From IMG/VR virus record IMGVR_UViG_3300020385_000016, positions 1 through 59,824 of that record: DNA of 59,824 nt. The stretch is one strand, 5' to 3'. The translations under genes and the position numbers were made by a program. Positions 17,959-27,695 of this stretch are shown here, in pieces (positions within the stretch are counted from its first letter, which is position 1; each line of letters opens with the position of its first letter). The notes beneath the pieces were generated by a model that saw nothing but the letters and a program-made list of their open reading frames with translations, made no database searches and was not told the origin of the DNA. This stretch comes from a virus. Its lineage: Duplodnaviria; Caudoviricetes.

Positions 17959-18411
17959 CTAGATTTCTTCGTATTGAGTCTTACCAGCGTCATTACGAAA
18001 TGCACGCAAAGTTTGTTTACGATTACCATCTTCGTTGTAAGAAAAATGTAACCATCCGCTTGCCGGATCTCCTGTGTAAAATTCTAAAATTCCTTGATCA
18101 AATTCTGTGTTATCTACGATCCAGTTAAATACTTCCATATTATCATGACCGTGACATTCGAAGTCTGCCGCTTGGCCTTTGCAATGCTGGGATTTTCTAC
18201 TACTACCGATTTTTTCGCTGAGATTTTCAGAACGGTATCCGCTTGAAATCATTACCGGTCCAAACTGATCTCTTACGGGTTGCAATACGTTTTCGCAAAG
18301 CAATCTTAAATTTTCTGTGTGTTCTTCTGTAGGTTGATTAGATATACCATGACGCTCCGCTGTCTGCGATTTTGTGAGCTCTGATAAAGAAAAATTAGAA
18401 GTTAACTTCAT
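17959..18411 (-). CDS. peptidase M15A endolysin
   Basis: NFSLSEL, SGYRS, SQHCKGQAADF, WLHFS. Confidence 0.88.
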   Translation of the reverse strand: MKLTSNFSLSELTKSQTAERHGISNQPTEEHTENLRLLCENVLQPVRDQFGPVMISSGYRSENLSEKIGSSRKSQHCKGQAADFECHGHDNMEVFNWIVDNTEFDQGILEFYTGDPASGWLHFSYNEDGNRKQTLRAFRNDAGKTQYEEI

Positions 18412-18602
18412 CCTATTACCTTATCTAACACAAAGATGACTGCTGTTCCCGCAACAGTTAAAAGAACCCAATAGAACTTGTCTATCTTACCGCCCAATTT
18501 TTCTACGTCTTGGTGTACGTGTGATAAATTCTTTTTGACGCCTGATATGTGTCCATACAGGGATAAAATATGTTCTCTTGTTGTTTTAGGTTTCATACCC
18601 AT
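18408..18602 (-). CDS. small membrane protein (holin-like candidate)
   Basis: coiled coil plus C-terminal TM, coupled to the endolysin. Confidence 0.5.
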   Translation of the reverse strand: MGMKPKTTREHILSLYGHISGVKKNLSHVHQDVEKLGGKIDKFYWVLLTVAGTAVIFVLDKVIG

Positions 18603-21600
18603 TACGTAATGCCTCTTTGTTTTAATCTTATAGCTTGTTCGTCCGGCGATAATAATGCCATTTCTGTAGATGTCAATTGTGTTACTGGATCTATTTTAGG
18701 CAAAGCCGCAGCTGCTGCTACTGGCTCTGGTTGTTTTGGTAAAGGTGGTGTTTTAATTTCTGATACTTGCGTAGCTGGTGCAAAAGTTTGATCTTCAAGC
18801 TTCACACCTGATTGAGTAGGTTCTGGATCAGTTGTAATGTCATAAGGAAAAGCGCCATTTAAATCACCGTCCTCTAATAAATCCATAATATCTTCTAGCT
18901 CACTTTCAGGAAACATATTTTCTTCATCAACATATAGATCTTTACCTTTCCTACCTGTTTTTTCTAAATTGTTTTCAAGTGTTTCAATTTTTTCTTCAAA
19001 TCTTGGAATAGAAAAACTTAAAGGTTTAAATTCTCCATCTATAACGCTGTCAATTTGACCAGACGGCAATCTTCTTTCATCTGCCTCATCAAAAATAAAA
19101 TCTTCATCTAATCCTATATCTGTCATTGTTTTAAATGCGTTGTAAATTCTTTGTTGTTCTCTCCAAGCAAATCTTTGTTGTTTAATAAAGTCGGATTCAA
19201 TTTGTGCTTTAGTTCTATTTAATTTGTACATGTCACTTCCTTTAGGAGCTTCTGTTCTAATTTTTTTAAGATCAGATACAATAAATTCCATTGATCTTTT
19301 TAGATTTACTTTTTGTGGTTTAATACCAGTACCTAATCCTAGTAAAACATCTTCAAGATCATAGCTTTGTCCTGTGCCAGTTAATTTTTCTCTAAAGCCA
19401 TAGTATAATTGTTTACCTGTTGTAAAAGCACCAGGTGCTACAGTCTCTAATAAATGCTGTGTGCTTTGTAAAAACTTTTCATTGAAATCTGCTAAATCAC
19501 TATAAATTGCACCACCACTTTTTTTCTTATTATTTCTTATTTCAGATATTGTTTCGTAAAATATAGTTTTGTTTACAAATGGAGCTAAAAATTCTCCAAA
19601 AGGTCCATCTCCTGAAAAAGCAAAATCCATTAAAAATCTATCTATGCTTTGAGGATTCATTTTTTGTTCTTTTAATTTTGTAAAAGCTGCTCTAATAGGT
19701 CGAGTTACTGTATCATAGGGAAGGAAGGTAGATAAATCTACAACTTTAAATTCACCTTCATCATTAGGTTTTGTTACTGCAATTAAATTAGAATTTCTTT
19801 GAAATTCTGGAGCTACATATCTTCTATATCTATCCATTAAGTCTTCACTTATTCCTGTCACCGCTCCGTATATTCCTTTTGCAGCCATAGATGCACCACC
19901 AAGAGTTACAAACTGACCCATTAATCCTCTGTATCCCATTTCTCTTAACACAGGATCATCCGTAGCTATTTCTCTTAAACTAGTTCTCATACTTAAATAA
20001 CTTGTTCTTGTCATTTCAGCAGGGAAAGATACGAAGTTACCAAGTGGTAATGTTCTTACTGCTTTAATAGCATCGGGTACCATACTATATGTTGGCATTG
20101 TATTTCTTACATACCATGCTGAAGCTTGTTTAACAGCTTCATCAAGATCCATTTTAGATCCATCAAATTTAGTTTTGCTTAATTTTTGTCCAGCCACCTC
20201 TCTAAACCATTTTTCCATTTTAGGTAAACTCTTACCAGAAAAATCTGTTAGATAAGATTTGTACCAGTTATAAGCATACCATTTCCAAACGTTATCTCCT
20301 CCTGCATAAACTCTACTAGCTGTTCTTAATAATCCTTTTGTCTCTAAATATTTTGTAAGTTGATCTGTATCTTTAATATTGTTTTTTCTAATAGCTCTTA
20401 ACACAGCACCTAATTCAGCTGCAACTATGTTTTCATCTAATGCACCGTATTTAATTCCTTCATCTATATTTGCTAAAACTCTTTTCTCTGCTTCAGGTCC
20501 TAATTTTCCAGCATTAAAAATATCATCTACTGTCATTTGAATTGAGTTTTGTAATGAAGCTCTATTACCTAACAGTCCTCTGTTGATTACAAACATAGCT
20601 GCTGATGAAAAGTTTCTTGTTTGTGTAGCAGGAGACAATACAGTTTTACCATATTGAGCTGCAACTTTAAATTGTAGAAAGTTTTTGTACACAGGTAATT
20701 GTGCTAAAGCATCTAATGGTCCTTTAAGAGTTGTCATTCTATTAATCATATCTGCTGGGCCAAATAATTTACTTGCATCTGATTTTAATAAACCAAGTCC
20801 ATCTATTTTTCCTACTCTTGTTACAGCTTTACCTAATTTATCTGCTGTAATTTCATATCCAAATTCAGCAGCTTCTCTTGTTTTAAATAATTGTTTAGAC
20901 TGAACCAATGCTTGACCCAATCTATCAAACATAATTTTATTTGTGCTTTGCGTAGCTAAATTAGATACCGTTTGCAAAACAACATTTTTCATATTGTTTT
21001 CTTCACCCATTACTTTTCTAATTACATCGGGTAATTCTTCTCCTGTAGATATAACGTTATCTGATCTTAATTTCTTTTTAGATATTTCTGTAATAGTTTG
21101 AATAGGATCTCTGTTATCTGTTTTTGCAAATTCTATAATATCATTAACTTGATCTTTAGCTAATTTACTTCTAGCTACAGCTGCAGTTGTGCCATCTCTT
21201 CTAGCCATTTTTATAGCTGTTTCTTTTAAATCTTTATTTTTATTTATAACTCCTAGAGCAAATTTAACTGCATCTTTAAATTCTTTTGATGCTTCATTCA
21301 CCGAGTAATTAGGATTAGTAAATACAGCATATGATTTTCTCATATAACCTTTAATATTATTTTCTAGAGATTCTTTTATTAAAGAATCACCAGGTAATAA
21401 TTCTGCAAATGTTTTTTTAGTTTCTATTAATATTTTATTTAATGCTTTTGCTGCAGGTCTCAACTCTTTAGGTAAAGCAGATAAAGCTTTTTGATTTTTA
21501 AAATATTCTAATACATCATCAAGATGTTTATCTTGCAGTGATGGAGAAGCTAATTTACTATTGTATATTTTTTTAGAACCTTGCGCTAAATCATACGCTT

Positions 21601-22843
21601 TTTTTTCTAAACTATCTAATAATTTTTCTACTACTCTTGCTTTAGCTGTAATTTCTTTTTGTCCTCTTGTAGAAATAGCTGCAAGCTCTGGTGTAAATCT
21701 TGATATAGATCTTAAATAAGCTAAACCATTGTCTACTTTTTTTAATGAACTCTTTAATGGATTAGTGGAGTCAACACTAAACATTCTCCAGTTTTCAAAT
21801 TTAGGTAACTCTACAGTTGTTTTAGTTAAACCTCCTACTTTACCTCTTGATACTAAAGGTAATAAAACTCTTGATGTAATTTGTGTTCCAATCGCTCCAG
21901 GCGCAGCTTGAATAGTTCTTCCTATTGCTGGTAAAACAACTTTATCTTTAGCTGCTAATTTAGATACAGGATTAATAACTGTAGCTTCAGCTACTTTACT
22001 TCCTATTTTTCCTACTGTTAATGTAGGTTTATATATTCCATATTTAAAACCTAAAGCTAATCCTTTACCTACAAGTGGTATACCACCACCAATAAGAGCT
22101 CCTTCTTGTCCATACTTTAATTTATTAATAAATCTAGCAGTAGCTAGATCTCTTCCCTCTAATCCTTTTTCATCTACTTTTTTTGTAAATAGTGTTGGCA
22201 TATCTGCGTCAGACAATGCCATATCAGCTAGACCTAAAGATAACGCTCCTCTACCAGAACGCAAGGCTACGTTTGCTCCTGCTTTAAAATATTTATTTTT
22301 AATTTTACCTAAAGTTTTATTTGTAAGTTTAGATATATTTTTTAACTTTGAAACTTTATCAAGGTTTCCTAATATTTTAAAAGCAATGGTACTAGGTACA
22401 CCATATTGAACTAGTAATGCACTAGAATCTCCTAAAAAAGTATTTGGATTACCATGTTTATTTAAAAACTTTCTAGTTGTTTCATCAAGTTTTTTTGTTA
22501 AGTTTGAATCAAAAACATAATCTATTCCTGCGGTACCAAATTCTAAAATTGATTTAACAGCACCCACACCACCTTTTACAATAGCTCTTTCTACTTCTCT
22601 AGCGGTGTCTCTTTGTTCATCTGTTTCTTTTATTACATCTTTATAAGGATCAGGTTGCCCTAATTCTTTTGCTTTCATTTCGTTGAATTGAATTATTGGA
22701 CCAAAGCCAGTTGTAAATCTTAACCAAGATAATGGATTGTTAACTAATGTACCGGCTTTTTCTTCTAGTAAACCTTGCTCATCAGCATCTTGTAAGAGTG
22801 CTTTGAAATCCTTTTCTTTAGGGATTCTAAACATGTCAGACAT
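18602..22843 (-). CDS. large internal virion/ejection protein
   Basis: 1413 aa helical protein at the end of a podovirus structural operon. Confidence 0.7.
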   Translation of the reverse strand: MSDMFRIPKEKDFKALLQDADEQGLLEEKAGTLVNNPLSWLRFTTGFGPIIQFNEMKAKELGQPDPYKDVIKETDEQRDTAREVERAIVKGGVGAVKSILEFGTAGIDYVFDSNLTKKLDETTRKFLNKHGNPNTFLGDSSALLVQYGVPSTIAFKILGNLDKVSKLKNISKLTNKTLGKIKNKYFKAGANVALRSGRGALSLGLADMALSDADMPTLFTKKVDEKGLEGRDLATARFINKLKYGQEGALIGGGIPLVGKGLALGFKYGIYKPTLTVGKIGSKVAEATVINPVSKLAAKDKVVLPAIGRTIQAAPGAIGTQITSRVLLPLVSRGKVGGLTKTTVELPKFENWRMFSVDSTNPLKSSLKKVDNGLAYLRSISRFTPELAAISTRGQKEITAKARVVEKLLDSLEKKAYDLAQGSKKIYNSKLASPSLQDKHLDDVLEYFKNQKALSALPKELRPAAKALNKILIETKKTFAELLPGDSLIKESLENNIKGYMRKSYAVFTNPNYSVNEASKEFKDAVKFALGVINKNKDLKETAIKMARRDGTTAAVARSKLAKDQVNDIIEFAKTDNRDPIQTITEISKKKLRSDNVISTGEELPDVIRKVMGEENNMKNVVLQTVSNLATQSTNKIMFDRLGQALVQSKQLFKTREAAEFGYEITADKLGKAVTRVGKIDGLGLLKSDASKLFGPADMINRMTTLKGPLDALAQLPVYKNFLQFKVAAQYGKTVLSPATQTRNFSSAAMFVINRGLLGNRASLQNSIQMTVDDIFNAGKLGPEAEKRVLANIDEGIKYGALDENIVAAELGAVLRAIRKNNIKDTDQLTKYLETKGLLRTASRVYAGGDNVWKWYAYNWYKSYLTDFSGKSLPKMEKWFREVAGQKLSKTKFDGSKMDLDEAVKQASAWYVRNTMPTYSMVPDAIKAVRTLPLGNFVSFPAEMTRTSYLSMRTSLREIATDDPVLREMGYRGLMGQFVTLGGASMAAKGIYGAVTGISEDLMDRYRRYVAPEFQRNSNLIAVTKPNDEGEFKVVDLSTFLPYDTVTRPIRAAFTKLKEQKMNPQSIDRFLMDFAFSGDGPFGEFLAPFVNKTIFYETISEIRNNKKKSGGAIYSDLADFNEKFLQSTQHLLETVAPGAFTTGKQLYYGFREKLTGTGQSYDLEDVLLGLGTGIKPQKVNLKRSMEFIVSDLKKIRTEAPKGSDMYKLNRTKAQIESDFIKQQRFAWREQQRIYNAFKTMTDIGLDEDFIFDEADERRLPSGQIDSVIDGEFKPLSFSIPRFEEKIETLENNLEKTGRKGKDLYVDEENMFPESELEDIMDLLEDGDLNGAFPYDITTDPEPTQSGVKLEDQTFAPATQVSEIKTPPLPKQPEPVAAAAALPKIDPVTQLTSTEMALLSPDEQAIRLKQRGIT

Positions 22844-22846
22844 AGA

Positions 22847-23929
22847 TTATGCCTCCTGTGGTAGAACTAATTGTACTTGATATTTTTGATTGAACTGATC
22901 AACGTCAGTTTGTGTTCTAATTTGTGCAAAGTCTCCAAGCGCTTGATAACTATTTGCTAATAAAGTTACAATATCATCACCAATTTCTTTTGGTAATCTT
23001 GCTCTTATTTCATCATAAGATAACTGTTCTGGATTTACTGTCTCTTCAACATTAACGTCAGTCATACTTGTCGGAGTTTCAGTCATTATATTTACATCTT
23101 CAGTCACCGATCCACCTTCAGCAAATTGTTTTACAAATTGTTGTGTCATTGTAGCTAAATACTGCGCCTGTAAATCAGCTAATTTGTTTAAATATTCAGG
23201 ATGATCCGCAGTAATTGGTTTGCCGTCACTACCTATTGCTGATTTAATTGCTTTTTTAGCTGCTCTGTTAGCTGATTTAATTAATTCTGTTTGTGAACCA
23301 AGTTTAAAGAAATCAGATACATCTAATCCTTTTAAAACATATAATTCTCTATCTTCATTATATTTTGCTGTAATTTCGTTTAATTTTTTTGTCTTTTCTT
23401 CTGGTTTTAAAGTTGTATCGTTATTAACATTTTCTCTTTTAGTTTCTGTTATTGAATCTAAAAGTATTTGTCTTGCTTTTAAATCACCTTGAGCTTTTTC
23501 CATACCTACTTTATATTCTACATCAGCAGCTGTTAATGTTCTTGCTAAATCTTCTCTTTGTTCCATAGCTTTTTGTTCTCTAGCATCCATTGATGTTCCA
23601 AGATCAACTCCTAATTTAGATAAAGGTTTTGAAGCTGCAGATAAAGTGCCTCCTAAAATACCACCTGTTTCTCCTGGTGCTCCTAATATATCTAGACCAG
23701 CACTAGCTATTCTTAAGTAGTCACCTCTAGATAAACCTTGTGTATTTCTTTCAGGTATTCTCTCTTTTATTGATTCGTAAATATCTACTACTCCAGAATA
23801 ACCACCTGGGCCATCTACTAATCCTCTTTTGTTTGGCATACCACCATCAGCTAAACCTGAAGCGATCCCCGTTCCATAACTATCTACACGTCCACCTCTA
23901 AACATTGGTCTTCTTAAAATTCTACTCAT
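22847..23929 (-). CDS. internal virion protein with xxGGx motifs
   Basis: position; MFRGGRV, LADGGMP, FAEGGSV. Confidence 0.65.
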   Translation of the reverse strand: MSRILRRPMFRGGRVDSYGTGIASGLADGGMPNKRGLVDGPGGYSGVVDIYESIKERIPERNTQGLSRGDYLRIASAGLDILGAPGETGGILGGTLSAASKPLSKLGVDLGTSMDAREQKAMEQREDLARTLTAADVEYKVGMEKAQGDLKARQILLDSITETKRENVNNDTTLKPEEKTKKLNEITAKYNEDRELYVLKGLDVSDFFKLGSQTELIKSANRAAKKAIKSAIGSDGKPITADHPEYLNKLADLQAQYLATMTQQFVKQFAEGGSVTEDVNIMTETPTSMTDVNVEETVNPEQLSYDEIRARLPKEIGDDIVTLLANSYQALGDFAQIRTQTDVDQFNQKYQVQLVLPQEA

Positions 23930-24663
23930 TATCCTCTAATTGCTCCCATTAATCCAGCTGCACCAATACCTAGTCCTAACAATTGTTGTGTAGCACTTGG
24001 TGGAGGTGTTGATTGAACTTGTGTTGCTGCCGGGAAACCACCGATAACTGATGCTAATTGTGGACCGACTAATCCTAATTGTGTGTAATCTGCAAACGCT
24101 GTTTCTCTAGCTGCTTCTTGGTCCGCTGCTAATCTTGCTTGATCTAATTGTCTTTGTTGACCACCCATTTGAGATTGATACGTACCTAAACCTTGTCTTG
24201 CAACTAAATCACCTGCCGCTGCTGCTTGTGCTTGTTGAAATCCTTGTTGTCTTAAATTTGCTTCAGACATTGCTCTAGCAATATCACCTGTTGCTTGGTA
24301 TTCTCCAATTGATGCTGCTTCTCTACCACCACCAAAAGCACCAGCTTGCGCTGCTCTTTGTCTTATACCAGCTAAACCTTTTTGTTGTTCTCTATCCATA
24401 GCTGCAAGCGAAGTATCAATAACTTCTTGCTGATAAGGTGACATGTAATCTTTGTAAGCTTGTGGTCCTACTAAAGCATCTAAACCTGATGCAGCTGTAG
24501 CTGCTTGTTGTTCTAATGCTGATTGACCTTGTACAAATTGTCTACCTGTATATGTAGATGTAGGAATAGGTGTTTTAAGAAGTTCTAAACCTTTATTCGT
24601 TATACCTAAACCGGCTGCTTCTACAAATGGTTCACGGAGTTGTCTTGTTATTGTTTCAGCCAT
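23929..24663 (-). CDS. internal virion (ejection/pilot) protein
   Basis: Q/A-rich, YMSPYQQEVID, AGAFGG, C-terminal hydrophobic helix. Confidence 0.7.
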   Translation of the reverse strand: MAETITRQLREPFVEAAGLGITNKGLELLKTPIPTSTYTGRQFVQGQSALEQQAATAASGLDALVGPQAYKDYMSPYQQEVIDTSLAAMDREQQKGLAGIRQRAAQAGAFGGGREAASIGEYQATGDIARAMSEANLRQQGFQQAQAAAAGDLVARQGLGTYQSQMGGQQRQLDQARLAADQEAARETAFADYTQLGLVGPQLASVIGGFPAATQVQSTPPPSATQQLLGLGIGAAGLMGAIRG

Positions 24664-24911
24664 TATTCTTTATCCTTTTTCTTTTTCTTTTCATTTAATT
24701 TTTTCTTTACTATACCAGTTCCTACTACTGCTGTAGTTCCAGCAGCTCCAACTTTACCTATATTTTTTAATATTTTTCCTGGACTTTTAATTAAGTTATC
24801 AGGATCTTCAGCACTTTTTCTATCTACAAAATCAAGTAAAGATTCTTTTTTAGGTTTTTTGTTTTTAACAAAAGCTTTACCTAATCCTTTTATCGCTAAA
24901 ATAACACCCAT
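24663..24911 (-). CDS. small basic amphipathic protein
   Basis: ORF coupled on both sides. Confidence 0.6.
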   Translation of the reverse strand: MGVILAIKGLGKAFVKNKKPKKESLLDFVDRKSAEDPDNLIKSPGKILKNIGKVGAAGTTAVVGTGIVKKKLNEKKKKKDKE

Positions 24912-26851
24912 TATACTTTTGCCTCCAGTTTGTGCATTGTTTCATACATACGTTTTGCTCCTTGGTTAACACTACCACCGCCTGCAGCTCTAACTGCATC
25001 GGCTGTCATTACAAATTCGTTCTTTGATAGTCTTGCAGGAACATCATCTGCTTTTTCTTTAGTTCCTTCAGGTATAAATCCACCACCTCTCATATCTTTA
25101 TCCATACCTGTATTCAATAAATTTTTATTCATTATACCACCTTCAGCTTTTTTACTAAAGGTATCAATTACTTCATCATATCCAGCGTAAGGCGTATCAT
25201 AAGGACCCATTCCAGCTCCTTCATCAAATCTTGTAAAAGTTTCTGCTCCTTCATCTAACATTCCTGAAGCTTTTAAACCTTTCATTCCACTTATAGAATC
25301 TCTATTTGCATCACTTATAAAGTAAGTGTTATCATCTAATTTTTCTACTATACCTTCTTCGACTAAACTATCTAAAGTTTTTTTACCTTTTTTTGATTTA
25401 GCTGTAACTTGTAATTCAAAAGAAGCTCCCGTGTCCTCTGCATAATCTGAGCTTCCTCTTAATTCTACATCATCAGTCATTCTTGATAATCTGTTAACTA
25501 CCATAGTTTTTAATTTTGATAGTCCTTGCATACTACTTTTTATACCAGCTTTACCCAATTCCATTAATGCACCAACTTTACCACCACCAGCCATACCAGA
25601 TCTAGCTTGTCTTAAATATGATGCAAAATCCATAGGTTCTAATCCTTGTTCTTCCATTTCAAAAACATATTGCTCATACATTTCTTCTATATCATCTTTG
25701 TATCCTGATGCTACTTGTGTTCCTTTTATACCTTGTCCTTGACTCATATCATCAAAAGCTTCTCTTGCTTTTTTAGCTGCATCTTCTGGTGAGAAACCTA
25801 AATCTAAAAACTCTTCAAAAAGTTTTTCTAAAAGTTCATCGTTTTGAGCGTTAGATACTTGTTCTCCATACTCAACGCCTTGATCTCTCATTAAATCCAT
25901 AATACCTAAATCGTCTACTTGTTCTTCTATTTCTACTTCACCACCTCTAGCAAATCTTTTAAACTCTGTTGGTTCCATTTCTCCAAAACTTCTACCATAT
26001 GCTTTTTGAACGCCGTCCATTGCAGTTGCTAAATGACCAGCTAAATTATCTTTATCTTCTTTTTCGGGAAAATTAAATACAAATTGACCTTTTTCATTTT
26101 TTGTTATAACAGGTTCTCTTTCCTCTTCATCTTCTTTATCTTTAGAAAAGAAATTTTTCATAGAAGCTTTAGCACCTTTATATCCTCTTGACACATTTTC
26201 TAAATAATTTTCGTCATCAAATATACCAAGTCCTTCTGCAAACCCTATTCTACCACCACCTGCGTAGCCATATGTATCTAACATTGTATTAACATAATCA
26301 TCATCATAACCAGCATTTTTATAAATACCAAAAATTGCATTTCTTCTATCTACTTTACTAGCTACACCTTGTTCTAATAAATTTTTATTATACTGATCTA
26401 TTTCATCTTGTCTAATTTCTGCAAACTTTGCAGATTGATCTAATGCTGTTTGTGCACCTATTGTTTTTACTGCACCTAAATTTCTTACAGCAGCATCTCC
26501 TTTGCCTGCTATATTAGCTAATTTTTCTGTAAAACTTAAAGCAGTTCCAGCATCGCCAACAGGTGCAAATTTTGTAGCAACTTGTCCTAACCCGCCTGAT
26601 ATTGCTCCAGGAGCCGCTGCTAAAATTCCTGCTCTTAATGGATTACCTTGTTCATCTGTAGCTGCAGACGTTGCTGCTGCTATTAATCCTCTTTGTGCTA
26701 ATGCTGTTCCCAGTCCACTACCAAATGCTTTACCTGCTATTCCAGGTCCAAAACCTGCTGCAATATAAGGTAAGAACGGCCTAATCTCTTTAGGTATAAT
26801 CTTCTTTGCTATTTTACGAACTGGTCTGAATACTTTTTTAAAAAATCCCAT
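24911..26851 (-). CDS. internal virion protein with repeated xxGGx motifs
   Basis: amphipathic N-terminus, five GG motifs, C-terminal DDVPARLSKNEFV domain also seen in tape-measure-like proteins. Confidence 0.7.
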   Translation of the reverse strand: MGFFKKVFRPVRKIAKKIIPKEIRPFLPYIAAGFGPGIAGKAFGSGLGTALAQRGLIAAATSAATDEQGNPLRAGILAAAPGAISGGLGQVATKFAPVGDAGTALSFTEKLANIAGKGDAAVRNLGAVKTIGAQTALDQSAKFAEIRQDEIDQYNKNLLEQGVASKVDRRNAIFGIYKNAGYDDDYVNTMLDTYGYAGGGRIGFAEGLGIFDDENYLENVSRGYKGAKASMKNFFSKDKEDEEEREPVITKNEKGQFVFNFPEKEDKDNLAGHLATAMDGVQKAYGRSFGEMEPTEFKRFARGGEVEIEEQVDDLGIMDLMRDQGVEYGEQVSNAQNDELLEKLFEEFLDLGFSPEDAAKKAREAFDDMSQGQGIKGTQVASGYKDDIEEMYEQYVFEMEEQGLEPMDFASYLRQARSGMAGGGKVGALMELGKAGIKSSMQGLSKLKTMVVNRLSRMTDDVELRGSSDYAEDTGASFELQVTAKSKKGKKTLDSLVEEGIVEKLDDNTYFISDANRDSISGMKGLKASGMLDEGAETFTRFDEGAGMGPYDTPYAGYDEVIDTFSKKAEGGIMNKNLLNTGMDKDMRGGGFIPEGTKEKADDVPARLSKNEFVMTADAVRAAGGGSVNQGAKRMYETMHKLEAKV

Positions 26852-26946
26852 AATTTTTATTGTGTTATATAAGTGAAATGCAAGATGGCCACTCTTGATT
26901 TAAGCCAGTATCTTTCATTTTACTTGTTTTTTTACCTCTAGTCAAT

Positions 26947-27195
26947 CTAGAATATATTACTACCTGCTCCTAAATTTATCTCTTCTACGGTTAATTTAAC
27001 GTCTCTTCTTATGTGTTCTGCTTTAGTAGCTGTATCTGTATTTTGTACATCTGCTAATGCTTCTGCATCGGACATATACTCTTGACCTGTTTCCATGTTA
27101 GTTAAAGTAATTTCACATTTAGGTGTAATGACTGGTACCTTTTTACCATTAATTACTTCGTATCTAACTGAAGCTTCTGTCTCTACAAATGACAT
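26947..27195 (-). CDS. hypothetical virion-module protein
   Basis: ORF in operon. Confidence 0.7.
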   Translation of the reverse strand: MSFVETEASVRYEVINGKKVPVITPKCEITLTNMETGQEYMSDAEALADVQNTDTATKAEHIRRDVKLTVEEINLGAGSNIF

Positions 27196-27527
27196 TATCT
27201 GTCCTCTCTATTTATTTCTAATATTGATGCAACCACGTCCACCGCTCCGCTAGCCGCTTGCACTTTTAGTATCTCATTTTCTTCCATAATCAAAGGTTCT
27301 GTTAACACTTGTTCTTTTAAACCAGAAGTTAAATTAACGTCATTGTCAATTACAAAAGCTGTGCCTGATGCATTAGTTAAAGTTACTTTTACAACTGCTG
27401 TACTTGCAGCATCCTCTGCCACGTTTATAGATTTAACAATAGCTCTAGAGTTAGAGGGTACTGTATACAAAGTTGTAAGATCTGTATTAGTTAAACTTAC
27501 TTTATCATTTTTATATATATTTGCCAT
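27195..27527 (-). CDS. small beta-rich virion protein
   Basis: TLYTVP...ILKVQA; paralog-like to 38624..38950. Confidence 0.7.
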   Translation of the reverse strand: MANIYKNDKVSLTNTDLTTLYTVPSNSRAIVKSINVAEDAASTAVVKVTLTNASGTAFVIDNDVNLTSGLKEQVLTEPLIMEENEILKVQAASGAVDVVASILEINREDR

Positions 27528-27695
27528 TTATCCTAATCCAAAGAAAGTGTATCTTTCAGAGTCTTCTTTTAATTGTGTTAAATATGTAGAGTTTAATTGT
27601 TCTATAATATTAGTTAATGCTTTATTAATTTGTCTTTGATTATCTTCACTATATTCTTTTTTTGGTTCTGGTAATCTTACTACTACTTTAGTCAT
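27528..27695 (-). CDS. small virion-module protein (55 aa; not in track)
   Basis: MTKVVVRLPEPKKEYSEDNQRQINKAL..., fills the operon gap exactly. Confidence 0.7.
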   Translation of the reverse strand: MTKVVVRLPEPKKEYSEDNQRQINKALTNIIEQLNSTYLTQLKEDSERYTFFGLG

